From: Phoronis australis
Taxonomy: Eukaryota; Animalia; Phoronida
DNA: 64,000 nucleotides
Assembly (NCBI GenBank): GCA_002633005.1
Contig: NMRA01000287.1
Span: forward strand, 194,457 to 258,456
Direction of reading: 5' to 3'
Both the position numbers and the translations under genes were made by a program. Shown here piece by piece: positions 13,934-25,345 of this stretch. The notes below the pieces were generated by a model. That model saw only the letters and a program-made list of their open reading frames with translations. It was not told the origin of the DNA and did no database searches. The stretch's first letter is position 1; every line of letters begins with the position of its first letter.

Positions 13934-14327
13934 GTTAGTGTTGTACTTCACCAACATCTCCCTCAAAATCTATTATCATGGCTCATCTAGTTCCATTCTG
14001 TAGCAAATGGTTTTGTTTTGTGGTTCATGAAAGTTTTTATGTTATTATTTTTCTACATGCTCTCGATTACATTGCATTTTTCATCACATGACCCACGTCG
14101 TTCGTGTCCTTGGAAGGCTACACACGTAGTCTAACCCGTTTGTAGGTGCGCTTGTCGTAGACGTAGACCGTAGGCCCAGTTTCTTACAAGAGATATTGCC
14201 ATTTGTGGCAATCGATGAAGGTGGTTATACCAACGAATTTTAGGCATCGATACCTCTAATTCACGATTTGGAGTCGCGTTCATTTCAATCACCAGAAACT
14301 CCGCGTCGGCCATGTTGATACCACCAC

Positions 14328-15010
14328 AAGCGTCCTCAGCTTCTGATCGTCCCCAATACACTAATATATACTACAAGGTACGACACTTCGCACTAGAAAC
14401 TGCACGTGTGCTTCACTTCAGCCGTCCATAATGAACACAAAACTATAGATTTACATAAAATGGGTTCAACAAACCATGAGGAATTGTTCTTTCTCCAATA
14501 CCATTTGCAGTGGGCTGCTCCACCGAGTTCGCAACAAATTCGCGGTCAAAGCACAAAAATCCCAAAAAATAGCTGCACACTAGCAATATGCTTCACATGG
14601 TCAAGGTCAAGTAGAGTACAGAATAACATGATGAGTTACTAATCGACGGCAGTTGCGGTTCACCACGGAAGGTTACGAAATGGTCTGGAGTTATTGATGT
14701 CGTGACCTTCCGTGACAAACTGGCAATTTCTGTGTAGCATATTGCTGGTGTGCAGTAACTTTTTGGGAAGATTTTTGTGCTTTGACCGCGAATTTGTTGC
14801 GAACTCGGTGGATCTGGACACTGTAAATGGTATTGGGACTAAGAACAATTCCTCATGGTTTGTTGACCCTCTGTTTTTTTGAAAATTTATTGAGTTTTGT
14901 GTTTGCTATGGACGACTGAAGTGTAGCACCCATGGAATTTCTAGTCCGGAGTGTCATACCTTGTAGTATATTATATAGTGTATTGGGGACGATCAGAAGC
15001 TGAAGACGCC
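14328..15010. mobile_element. Foldback/MITE-like element with about 270-bp inverted arms, in RPL15 intron 1
   Basis: 14328-14597 is the reverse complement of 14731-15010 (e.g. GCGTCCTCAGCTTCTGATCGTCCCCAATACACTA / TAGTGTATTGGGGACGATCAGAAGCTGAAGACGC). A second copy lies at the window start. Confidence 0.85.
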
Positions 15011-16773
15011 TAGTTTTCAGCGACACCTGTTGTCAAGTTCAATAACCTCATAAGTTCGAACTTGCCACTAGATGTCAGTCAAAATCAAAATTGTCTTTAT
15101 TAAGCCAATTAAATTGTTTCTTTATAGATTGAGTTGCAAAATTTTAAAGTTAGAACGACAAAGTAGATTAGTCATTTGATTAAGCAAGCTTGTTGACTCC
15201 ATAAAATTTTGTTATGTAAAGAATTTCGTCAGGTTTTATTAATTATAATTTTCTTGTAGTTTTATACAAAGTTACATATAGTGTTGACTGCCTCAAGTGT
15301 TCTGAATTGGGCTTGGTGTTGGTTAAATCTGGCTTTGCGTTGGTGCCGAGGGCTGAAGTGCCAAGCCAACCAAAGGTTTAAACCTGTAGCAGCACTTTTT
15401 ATAAACTTGAGGCGCAATTTCCAAACTCGATAACAGCGTCAAGTTAAAACAGGTCGCGGAGAACACTGCTTTGTAGGGCCTACACGTGAAAAGTGCGAAT
15501 CGTACTCAAAGTGCCCATTCAGCAGACAACTGTCTCACATATGAAACCTTGTTGTAAAAGCATGTGGCCAGGAAGCATGCGCTGTGTACCTGTCACTTGT
15601 CATTGCAGATACTAGTCTTTGGGAACTATCCATGAAACTACGGGTAGCATATCGGCAAGAAATAAATATTGGCACTAATTTCATTAAGTTTTTAATGCTG
15701 TAAAAACTGTTGCGCTATTTTTAAGAAGAATTGCTTCATTAATCACTTTTTAATGTATTCATAATTGGTGTTGGTAAAGTAACATACCTGATGAAATGCC
15801 CCACTTACAGTGGACACCTTCGCCGCCGAATCTCCTGGAGAATAACTCTGGCTGTCACACATCCAGTCACCCGGTGACTCAATGACATTCAGCGTTAGCC
15901 CCTACCGAGACAAATCTCGCGCATTTAATGGTAGATGTGATCAGCAAGTGCTAAATAAAACGCGTTCTCATGATACTGCTTGTGCTATTTTTTTAGTTAA
16001 AATGCACACCTAAATGGTTACATTGCATTTACTCTGGCATGATGACATGTGATCGCTTACTCACACACACAGACGATCTTCAAAACAAAGATCACGTGAC
16101 TACGACGTGTGTTCATCCAAAGGTTTTTCTCACGTTTCTGGGTACGATCTTGCGCAGATTTGAACCTATATTGTTCATAGTACCGACTCTAAAAGAACTT
16201 AAAATCTTAGGGACACTTATGGAAAACTTAAGTGAGGATTTCGGGTAATTTGTGGTGTCGAAACTATATTTTTTATTTCAGTTGCCCCGTCAACAATCGT
16301 AAGGCAGCGGCGCATCGGCGAGATTTCGCTTTGGGATTTCAGCACAATTTTCTGTAAAATGATCGTAATTTAACAACGAAGTTAGATAGCAATGCGCCAC
16401 AGTTTTGAAGAAAGTCCTGTCATAGGCTACAGATACGTCACTTAGCGTAAAATTGATGAATTCTAGATTCCGATTGTACCCGTTTCAGAGACCAGGTTTC
16501 AACCGCATTGGGTTATAATAAGCACCTCTCCCCCCGAAATGAATTTTACTAAGAGCCCTGGGTGCCTTATTTCGGTGAATATGGTACTGTTAACTGCCTC
16601 TTGGTAAAGTGAACTGTGTTTAATGTTGGTAAAATCAGGCTCTGATTATATGCCGAGGTCTGAAATACCAAGCTAGCCAAGGTTTTAAACCTAGCGTGGT
16701 AATTTTTAAACTTGACGCGCTTTCTCCAAACTCTACGCGGCAAAATACAAACTGCAGATCGTGGAGTGACTGA

Positions 16774-16945
16774 GTGACCATCGTCTCAACTGGCCTTAAG
16801 ACAGTGACCATCGTCTCGACTGGCCTTAAAGACAGTGACCATCATCTCGACTAGACTTAAGACAGTGACCATTGCTCGACCGGCCTTAAGACAGTGACCA
16901 TCGTCTCGATCGGCCTTAAGACAATGACCACCGTCTCCAGCTGGC
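16774..16945. repeat. 30-bp tandem repeat, about 6 copies, derived from a MITE terminus
   Basis: Unit GACAGTGACCATCGTCTCGACTGGCCTTAA. Confidence 0.85.
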
Positions 16946-17384
16946 CCAGTAGAGACTGAGCTTCTTTTGGGGCTACATGTGCCTAAAGCTTTTCCTCGAA
17001 TTACGCCTCACACTGATTAAAACATCCAAGTCACATTGTTATAAATACCTTTTGCGCATAGAGGGACACCTTAGGAGGCCGTCGATGTACTTAATTCCTT
17101 TCAACTGGGCGAAATACTCCTGTTTTCATACCTTTTCTTCCAACAGTCCCTCGTTCAATTCTCAAAATCGTTAACTGGCCATTTTTAACACTGGCGAGTT
17201 ACTGATTATGGGAACTGAACGTAGGACTGCTTGATAACCGGAGTATTTCATCGAATTGGAAAGAAAGACGTCAAACTGCCTCCTAAGGTGTCCCTCTATG
17301 GGCAAAAGGTGTTTATAACAACGTGACTTTGATGTTTTAATCAGTGTGAGGCATTCCTGCCGTTAGAGATGGTAATCACTTTCT
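16920..17384. mobile_element. MITE, same family as 45679-46127
   Basis: Ends GACAATGACCACCGTCTCCAGCTGGCC / AGAGATGGTAATCACTTTCTA. Internal inverted repeat about 17005-17078 vs 17278-17352. Shares AACTGGCCATTTTTAACACTG and CCTTAGGAGGCCGTC with the 45.7-46.1 kb copy. Confidence 0.75.
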
Positions 17385-17735
17385 AACCCCGTCTCTAGAC
17401 AGTAGACTGTGTCACAATCTCTATTGCTAAGTCTTCGCAGTAGAGACAGTGATCATCCCATAGGGCCTTCATACTACTTAAGCTATTGGGGAATTATGCA
17501 TCAAACTGAGGAAACCATCAAAGATACTGCATGACTCTGTATTTGTGTGTACATGTTTGCCAAGTTGATCGAAGTTTGACCTCACTTGTGTAACATCAAA
17601 TTCTTGTTGCTCAACTTGACAAACGCGACCTCAGTTTTCAACACTTCACCGCTTGCCTTGTATTCTGACCTAACTAGTTGGAATTGGAAGTTGAAAGAGT
17701 CTTTACCATTGTTGGTTACAGGGCCTTCATCATAA

Positions 17736-17978
<243 letters not shown>

Positions 17979-19310
17979 TGATACTCGTGCTTTGTATGCT
18001 GTGTTGTAAATTGTTGGTGTTCAGGGTGGAAGTGAATTTATTGACGGTATCGCAATCACATGCAGTTTGTCTACAGATGATTGCCAACCTGTGCCTTTCT
18101 TAAAGCTTTATTGTAGACTAGTCTTGTCATACCTATGCTGTATACAGAACATGACTACCTGTCAGTACACAGCTGCGCTTGACACTTAGCCAAATGCATT
18201 TGTGAGGTCGCCAAAATTAAAATCAAAATTGTCGGTGCTGATGAACCGGGTTCCCTTGTCGGCTTAACTTTTCGTCAACCCAAAAATTTTCATTGAGACG
18301 TCGGGACACGTACGTACATTCAGTCTCTGACTCACTTATCCCAGTTTTTCATCTCGGCGACTGACGGATGGTCTTGGGACGCAGACAGCAGCATGGTCTT
18401 ATGGTGCAAATTTCACCGATCTTGCGCGATTTTTGCCTAACAATTGCGACTTCTGTCTGTTTACTAACTGTTCTAAGTAAAGCGTAGTGACAGACTAATG
18501 CGTTCAATTCACGAAATGAATGGAACATAGTGAATCAAAGATAACCATCCTGGGAACACAATTAGTAATTTTAAGTTTGGAACCTTGAAACAAATGTTGA
18601 GGGAAATATGACTTTGATGCTGGAAATGGCGACCTGTTGGCAATGTTTCCCAGGTCACCAAACACAATCTGACCTGCAGGTCGTCAAATTGAGCATCGTT
18701 CAGTGACATTACTTGTCTTCAAACTGAAGCAGACACTTTGAATTAGTGCTGCTTGGTGGAGCCGCAAGTACCACCCAGTCTCTCAATTCAATAACTTTTT
18801 ACGCTCATAATGTTGTTTGAGCTGGTCCGACAAGTTTAAACTACCCAGGGGATGAGTTGAGATCTCTAGACATGCAGTATGATCTCAAGGTTTAAATTTA
18901 TTATTTTCATAATGCATAAATCTCTCCTTCATTACTACCATTAGCAATTTCAGTGCATCAATAGTAGTGTCAAATATATATGGGAGTTGCTTTTGAAATT
19001 GACACTGTCAGATTCTCTTTTCAAGGAGTAAAAGCCGCCAACAATGCCATGAAGAACGAGGTGGTCTATTGTAAATCAAAATACGTCACGTGTCATACCT
19101 CGTCAGCTCGCTTAATGTTGCAAATGTAAAAAGCTGTTGAGAGACTGGGACATGTATGCAGTGAAGTCACCTCTAACATTGTTCGGATCTGTTATTGTTG
19201 CTCAAGGTATCAAAATGCTCGTATGGTCTTATTCTTCTATTTTATGGAGATGAAGACTCCTTAAGTTTGGAAAATCAGAAGTTTTACCTGTAAGCATTGT
19301 TTGTGTTCAG

Positions 19311-19447
19311 GGTTTGTTATCTACCGTGTCCGTGTGCGCCGTGGAGGTCGAAAGAGGCCTGTACCTAAGGGCGCCACATATGGCAAGCCAACTAACATGG
19401 GTGTCAACCAGCTGAAGTTTGCCCGCTCCCATCAGAGTGTTGCTGAG
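19311..19447 (+). CDS. RPL15: 60S ribosomal protein L15, coding exon 2
   Basis: Acceptor TGTTCAG; (G)[45 protein letters not shown]; donor GAG|GTATGT; 137 nt. Not in the ORF track, translated by hand. Confidence 0.97.
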
Positions 19448-20127
19448 GTATGTTGACTTACATTCACGGCAAGCTTACCTGACAACAAACACTGTAGAAA
19501 GACGTGAGAGGGGTGATTGTAATGTGGTTAGACTGCATTGTTTCGCTGACTTGTATCACAAGGATGTTCAACATTGCTGAATTTTTTTGCAAAATTTCTG
19601 TGTTAGAGAGACCATGACACTTTACCCATTTCGGACGGGTTTGATGTATTCGGCATCGTCTAATGGCCATTTTTATGATACAAAAACACGCATTTTGCAC
19701 CGCAGTCCGGGGCGCACTTCAACGCTCTACGTTACTTTTGTTATGAAAAAAAGTTGTAATGCTTGGTAGGCTGCACCTAAAGAAAATTTCAAAAACTGAC
19801 GAGCAAATCAATCATGGTGACAAGTAGTTTCCTCTATCAATCAAACCGGACGCAAAACTTATGCAAGTTTTTTGCCAAAATGTGATGCTGTTTTATTCAA
19901 TATTGACGGAGATATATTGGGATGGTGGTGTATTATTGTATAACTTGTGTGTGAACTTTGTCATTGGAATATATCATCATTTCTGGCCTAGTTCTGAGGT
20001 TGACAGATGAAGTGCAGTAGCTCATGTCAAAATAACAGCCATTGGTTTGCATCTCTTTCTTTAGTTTACATCTCCTCCCTGTAGTTAAACACCCTTTTCC
20101 GTCACTTTATTTCTCTGTTTGTTACAG

Positions 20128-20433
20128 GAGCGAGCGGGACGTAAGTGTGGTGGTCTGCGTGTGCTCAACTCCTACTGGGTGGCTCAAGACTCCACTTACA
20201 AGTACTATGAGATCATAATGGTAGATCCATTTCACAAGGCAATCCGTCGTAACCCAGACACCCAATGGATCACTAAGCCTGTTCACAAACATCGCGAGAT
20301 GCGTGGCCTGACCTCTGCTGGTAAAAAGTCTCGCGGTCTGGGCAAGGGTCACCCGTTCCATCTGACTATTGGTGGTTCACGTAGCAAGAACTGGAAGAGG
20401 CGCCAAATGTTGTCTCTACGCAGAAAGAGATAA
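20128..20433 (+). CDS. RPL15: 60S ribosomal protein L15, coding exon 3
   Basis: Acceptor GTTACAG; [30 protein letters not shown]...SLRRKR*. The three exons total 204 aa, the canonical eL15 length. Confidence 0.98.
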   Translation, partial: ERAGRKCGGLRVLNSYWVAQDSTYKYYEIIMVDPFHKAIRRNPDTQWITKPVHKHREMRGLTSAGKKSRGLGKGHPFHLTIGGSRSKNWKRRQMLSLRRKR

Positions 20434-20462
20434 ATTACTTTCTTTGGCTTCTTTTCGCATCT

Positions 20463-20468
20463 AATAAA
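20463..20468 (+). terminator. RPL15: RPL15 polyadenylation signal
   Basis: AATAAA 30 nt after the stop codon, followed by a T/GT-rich downstream element. Confidence 0.8.
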
Positions 20469-21889
20469 AAAATTAAAACCATTTGTCTTTCTGTTGTACC
20501 ACATCATTTTTGTGGCCATTCACTCTATTAGATCAGTTTTATTCCATCAAAAGAGTGTTACGTTTTGTAGTACTCTGTCATAGCTAAATGCTCCATTCTG
20601 CATTTTCTCATCAGCTCCTTTAATAATGGCAAATAATTTAAAGGGAAGGTTTCATATTTACTGAAGTGACCCTTGCAAGTTTCACTTCCCATGTGGTGTA
20701 ATGAATAACTGTAATTAGGCAGATGAACATTTCAGCATGTTTAAAATGATCTACCCCGAGTTTTACCAGCTGGCTACACCTCTACTAGGGACGGTGTCAT
20801 GTGGATAGACATAGCTGACAGATATAGTTTAAAAAAACGTTCCCTCTTGGCATAGTTTCATTACAAGCAATCTTGACTTCATGTAGTTTATTTTCCATCG
20901 AGGTTTGGCCAGATAATGTCAAGTTTGACACAGACTGTTTTACTCATCAGCTTGTAGCAGGAAGCCGTTGTGGATGGCCAGCAGTTCGAGACGAAGGATG
21001 GACCTGCTTTTTTTAGAATTGGGAACGAACTTGAGGTTACTAAGCAAAATTTGGTTCTGTTCATTCAGCTGGTGAGTCACAGGACCTTGTAAATAGGTTC
21101 ATTTGTCTCAGTGGCGCATTCTTTTCCTTTTGTTGCTATTTTCAGTTGCTAGAGTATAATAGGAATTGCAGAATCGACAGGAGTCGCACGAACACTCGCG
21201 GATTACAAAAGTTTTAGCGGAATGGAATCGTTCATTTTATTCTGCAATGCAAAGCTTTATGTCGAATGAACTCACTTAATGCTGATCTCGTTGTACTGGA
21301 AAGGTCACTCACAATCCAAGTCATCGAGATGTTGGAACTCGTGATACTGCAGATCTAATTTGACCATTGATCTGATGTGCATTAAACTTGTGCGAGTAGT
21401 TGATATCTATTTCAAACTTGACCTCATGGACTGAATAACACCCCAATAGCTTTCACACCAAGTATTTACTGAGCATAGTTATCACCGTGTAGGTGCTTCA
21501 AGGTGCAATTAAAGAAGATTTTAGTAACAAACAGAAAATATATATTGAATGAAACAGTTCAGTATAGGGAGGTAAACGTTATATCAAACAAAATCTGCCT
21601 AAAGACAATTATACTCATTTTTCATTAATAAGAAATTCTGAATGGAGCATTATTTTTGCAATAAAATGAACTAAATCACTTAAAACAAACCAAAAAATAC
21701 ATCAGTAGCTCGGAAGTTAAGCGAGATTTAGTATTCAACAACATTCTTTTTCAAAGTGCACATCATTAAACAGATAGTCTATGTAAAAATCAGTATCAAC
21801 TAACAATGCAAATGATTCATTTGAGATTGGTTATCATTTGTCATCCCTGACTTTGGAATTTCATGGAGAGCTTGCAACACTTGATAAAA

Positions 21890-22144
21890 TTATAGCTCTT
21901 CCTTTAAAGTGGACCTAGTCCCCCAACTGTCCTCTACTGGCGCTTGATCATGACCGTCTTCACCACTCGATTTCTTTTCGGTCTTGGCCTCAGTTGACCT
22001 TTGAACCTGATTGTCTTCAGAGAATTTGTTTAAGGTGTTTGACTCGGTTGACCTTTTACTCTGACCATCTTCCCCTGAGGACTTTTCTTCTGTCTCCTTC
22101 TGAAGAGCATCCAGATATGACTGTGCTTGAATGTGGGATAACTC
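21890..22144 (-). CDS. P3H1: Prolyl 3-hydroxylase (leprecan family), exon 13 (last, ending KEEL)
   Basis: Acceptor TTTTCAG; ELSHIQAQSYLDALQKETEEK...TLKEEL*, a KDEL-type ER retrieval signal. The symbol denotes the family; P3H1/2/3 orthology is not resolved. Confidence 0.88.
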   Translation of the reverse strand, partial: ELSHIQAQSYLDALQKETEEKSSGEDGQSKRSTESNTLNKFSEDNQVQRSTEAKTEKKSSGEDGHDQAPVEDSWGTRSTLKEEL

Positions 22145-22610
22145 CTGAAAACAATCGGCGAGAACATGTGGGATAACTCCTGAAAACAATTGGTGAGAAC
22201 ATCACATGGACATATTTTCAGAGAAAGCACAGAATTGAAGACAAAAAGTAAGATGGTGAAATCAAAAAGTGAAACCAGTCTTAAAATTTGAGAGTAGAAC
22301 TGACACACATCCTTAAGGTGAAGAAGCTCTTCTCCATCACTGTTAGCCCTACTCTTCCAAAAACTGGGGACCATTGGATCCACTTACCAATATTTTTTGG
22401 GTCCATTTGAATTTCTTTGGGTCCACGAAATAGTTGCTAAGTTTTGTAAAACGAGCTTTTATTTTTCATAACATTCATCGGTTTATATACCATTTTTGTG
22501 ATTTATTGTGTCCAATATAATAGTCCTGCTTCTGGTGCTCTTAAGTTGCCCATGGCATTGCTTTATGTGACTGATAAGTTATCCAAGTAAGATGCCTCCA
22601 ACAGACTTAC

Positions 22611-22739
22611 CTGAAACTTTTTGTCTAGAGTGTACCACATGGCTACTGCACACCTCTGTCCATCCAACACTGCCTTCACACCATGGTAATTGGTTGCATT
22701 AAAGGCCACCAGACGACCACACTTGGGACGAACTGTTGC
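22611..22739 (-). CDS. P3H1: Prolyl 3-hydroxylase, exon 12
   Basis: ATVRPKCGRLVAFNATNYHGVKAVLDGQRCAVAMWYTLDKKFQ contains the distal Fe-binding His (HGVKAV) and the 2OG-binding Arg (GQRCA); AG/GT flanks; 129 nt. Confidence 0.96.
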
Positions 22740-23347
22740 CTGCACATAGAAAAACACTTTTTCGATGATTGATCAGTTTTGGTTTATATAGGTCATCGTC
22801 CAATCAATGTTGAAAGACTGAAAATCTTATGACTAGATATTCAGTCAACCACTCACAGCCTGACTTGTTGGCTACTAGGTGGCGCTACAGTCTGGTAGAG
22901 AATGATTTATCATTTGCCGTCGAATAACATTCAAATCCACAAGTGACAGCAGTCAGCATCACATCCAATGCTTGGTTAGCAAATGAAGGGGAACCACTCA
23001 ACATCGCGTGTTTTAATGTGGCTGATGTTATTGTCCAAGGTTACAGCTCGCATGTTAAAAATAATGTACATAATGTAGCATATTTATACCAAATATCAAC
23101 AATTAAATCCTCATCCGTCACTGCCTCTATCTTCCTTCCCATACAATAACGAGTCGTGTGACTATACAACAACCATTGGGTTACCACACGGACACGTGAT
23201 ATAGTTATTGCATGGGCGCTAACATAACGTTTGTGGAATGTTTTATAAATTTAGTGATCACCATAAAACCACTGCTTTGCAGCTTTTAAGCAAATTGTGC
23301 CCAGAGTCTTATTGTATCAATCAGTATCGAAACGACATTTTTCTTAC

Positions 23348-23420
23348 CGAGGTACTCAGATTCTTGTGAGCGAAGAAGAAGTCTCCACCTTCAAAGTTGT
23401 CATTGAGGTATAACAGTGCA
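23348..23420 (-). CDS. P3H1: Prolyl 3-hydroxylase, exon 11
   Basis: (S)ALLYLNDNFEGGDFFFAHKNLSTS, the LYLN..F.GG motif; TAG acceptor, GTAAGA donor; 73 nt. Confidence 0.95.
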
Positions 23421-23587
23421 CTACAAGTGAAGAAGAGCAGCAAGTTTATCTTCAAGCAATACAATGTCCTGTCAGCGTACATACCAAAAAGAAGCCCTCC
23501 TATTGGTCTATTTTGCAAATTGCCGATACAAAAACAAACAGCTCTGCATAGTTAAACAATTCACTGATGTCCACGAGCTCCAAGAAG

Positions 23588-24075
23588 CACATTCAAGGTT
23601 ACATAATACAGTGTAGTATTGTTGTGTCTGTGTGCCTAACCACGAACTCATTCAAGGTTACATGTACAGTACAGTATTGTTGTGTGTGTGCCTAACCATG
23701 CACCCATTCAAGGTTACATGTACAGTACAGTGTTGTTGTGTGTGTGACTAACTATGCATCCATTCAAGGTTACATGAACAGTACAGTACAGTATTGTTGT
23801 GTCTGTATGTGTGCCTAACCATGTACCCATTCAAGTTTACATGTACAGTGCAGTATTGTTGTGTCTGTATGTGGGCCTAACCATGCACCCATTCAAGGTT
23901 ACATGTACAGTACAGTATTGTTGTGTCTGTGTGCCTAACCATGCACTCATTCAAGGTTACATATACAGTACAGTATTGTTGTGTCTGTATGTGGGCCTAA
24001 CCATGCACCCATTCAAGGTTACATATACAGTACAGTATTGTTGTGTCTGTATGTGTGCTTAACCATGCACTCATA
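23588..24075. repeat. About 57-62-bp minisatellite, about 8 copies (P3H intron 10)
   Basis: Unit CATTCAAGGTTACATGTACAGTACAGTATTGTTGTGTCTGTATGTGTGCCTAACCATGCACC. Confidence 0.9.
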
Positions 24076-24228
24076 TTAGACAAGATAGTCCAGTGCGCCT
24101 GGGTATGCAAAACACTGCATACATCTTTACTGTCATTAACATCAGAAACGGGCATTTATCTGATGTTGACTTTTGATACAGTGTAACTAATATAAATTAA
24201 AGTAATTGTAATCTGTCTGGCATTATTG

Positions 24229-24387
24229 CATAATGTTGGTTGCACCATTATCATGACATAATGTTGGTTGCACCATCATCATGACATAATGTTGGTTGCA
24301 CCATTATGACACAATGTTGGTTGCACCATTATCATGACATAATGTTGGTTGCACCATTATCATGACATAATGTTGGTTGCACCATTG
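24229..24387. repeat. About 28-bp minisatellite, about 5.5 copies
   Basis: Unit CATAATGTTGGTTGCACCATTATCATGA. Confidence 0.9.
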
Positions 24388-24635
24388 TACCAGGCCAATG
24401 ACTGGTGACAAACGATGATTGCACTTGACTAACACTCAGTGAAAGCCGGCTCAACCAGAGGTACCGCAAGTCAACCTGGTTTGTCAGCATTGAGAACCAC
24501 GTTACTGAGTTTAAGCCATTATACAATGAGAAGTTGGAGCGAGTACTGAAGAGTAAGACGAGTAAGAACCAATCAACTTACAGAACATAGTTTTTCAAGA
24601 CAAGTTGTCTGATCTGATATCTCATTTGGATGACC

Positions 24636-24860
24636 TATGTCATACCTCAAGTCTCTCTCAACATAGGCAGGGTAGTCCTTTATGTCATACCTGAAGACTC
24701 TCTCAACATAGGCAGGGCAGTACCTTAAGTCACAACTGAAGTCTCTCTAAACATAGGCAGGGTAGTACCTTATGTCATACTTGAAGTCTCTCTCAACATA
24801 GGCAGGGTCATCCCTTAAGTCATACCTGAAGTCTCTCTCAACATAGGCAGGGTAGTCCCT
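24636..24860 (-). repeat. 45-bp tandem repeat spanning the P3H exon 10 donor junction, 5 copies
   Basis: Each unit is the exon end (TACCCTGCCTATGTTGAGAGAGACTTCAG) plus the intron start (GTATGAC...). Confidence 0.9.
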
Positions 24861-24940
24861 TTTACAGCTACCATCCTTCTGTATGATACAATTGTCAGCA
24901 TGTATTGGGTGACTAAGGTCCTCCCTCAATGTCTCCTTGT
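24826..24940 (-). CDS. P3H1: Prolyl 3-hydroxylase, exon 10 (HxD iron-binding motif)
   Basis: (D)KETLREDLSHPIHADNCIIQKDGSCKRDYPAYVERDF(S), homologous to the P3H SHPVHVDNC...PAY..RDYS segment; 115 nt, phase 1 to 2. Confidence 0.95.
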
Positions 24941-25345
24941 CTGTAAACAAGTATATGGAATGTGTGAAATAACACGGCTTGGGCTGACCATAGCAATACA
25001 CATATCACATTAAAACCTGATTACCATGATTTTAATGTTATATTGTGAGCATTTCTATGGCAAGTAAAAATGGGCAATTAATGCCTTAATTGACTCCATT
25101 GGGACCTCATTTTACTGACAATAAAGAAAACGTGAAGCGTTTACTTACCAGGGCACAGTTAAATGTGAATATCGCAACTGTAAACCAAAATCTTAGACAC
25201 TTACCATCACATGAAACGGAGTGTCTTAAGGAAATTGTCATTAAGTTTACAAGTGAATTTTGATGCACAAGGTGTTACATTAAAGGTACTGCTCAAGTGA
25301 AGTCTTATCAGACATATGACAAAGCAGTGCAGGTAAACAACTTAC

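Noticed and set aside
16774-16945. CRISPR-like 30-bp repeats (also 32112-32263 and 57614-57725)
   Set aside because: The units are head-to-tail without unique spacers, there are no cas genes and the context is eukaryotic. These are minisatellites.
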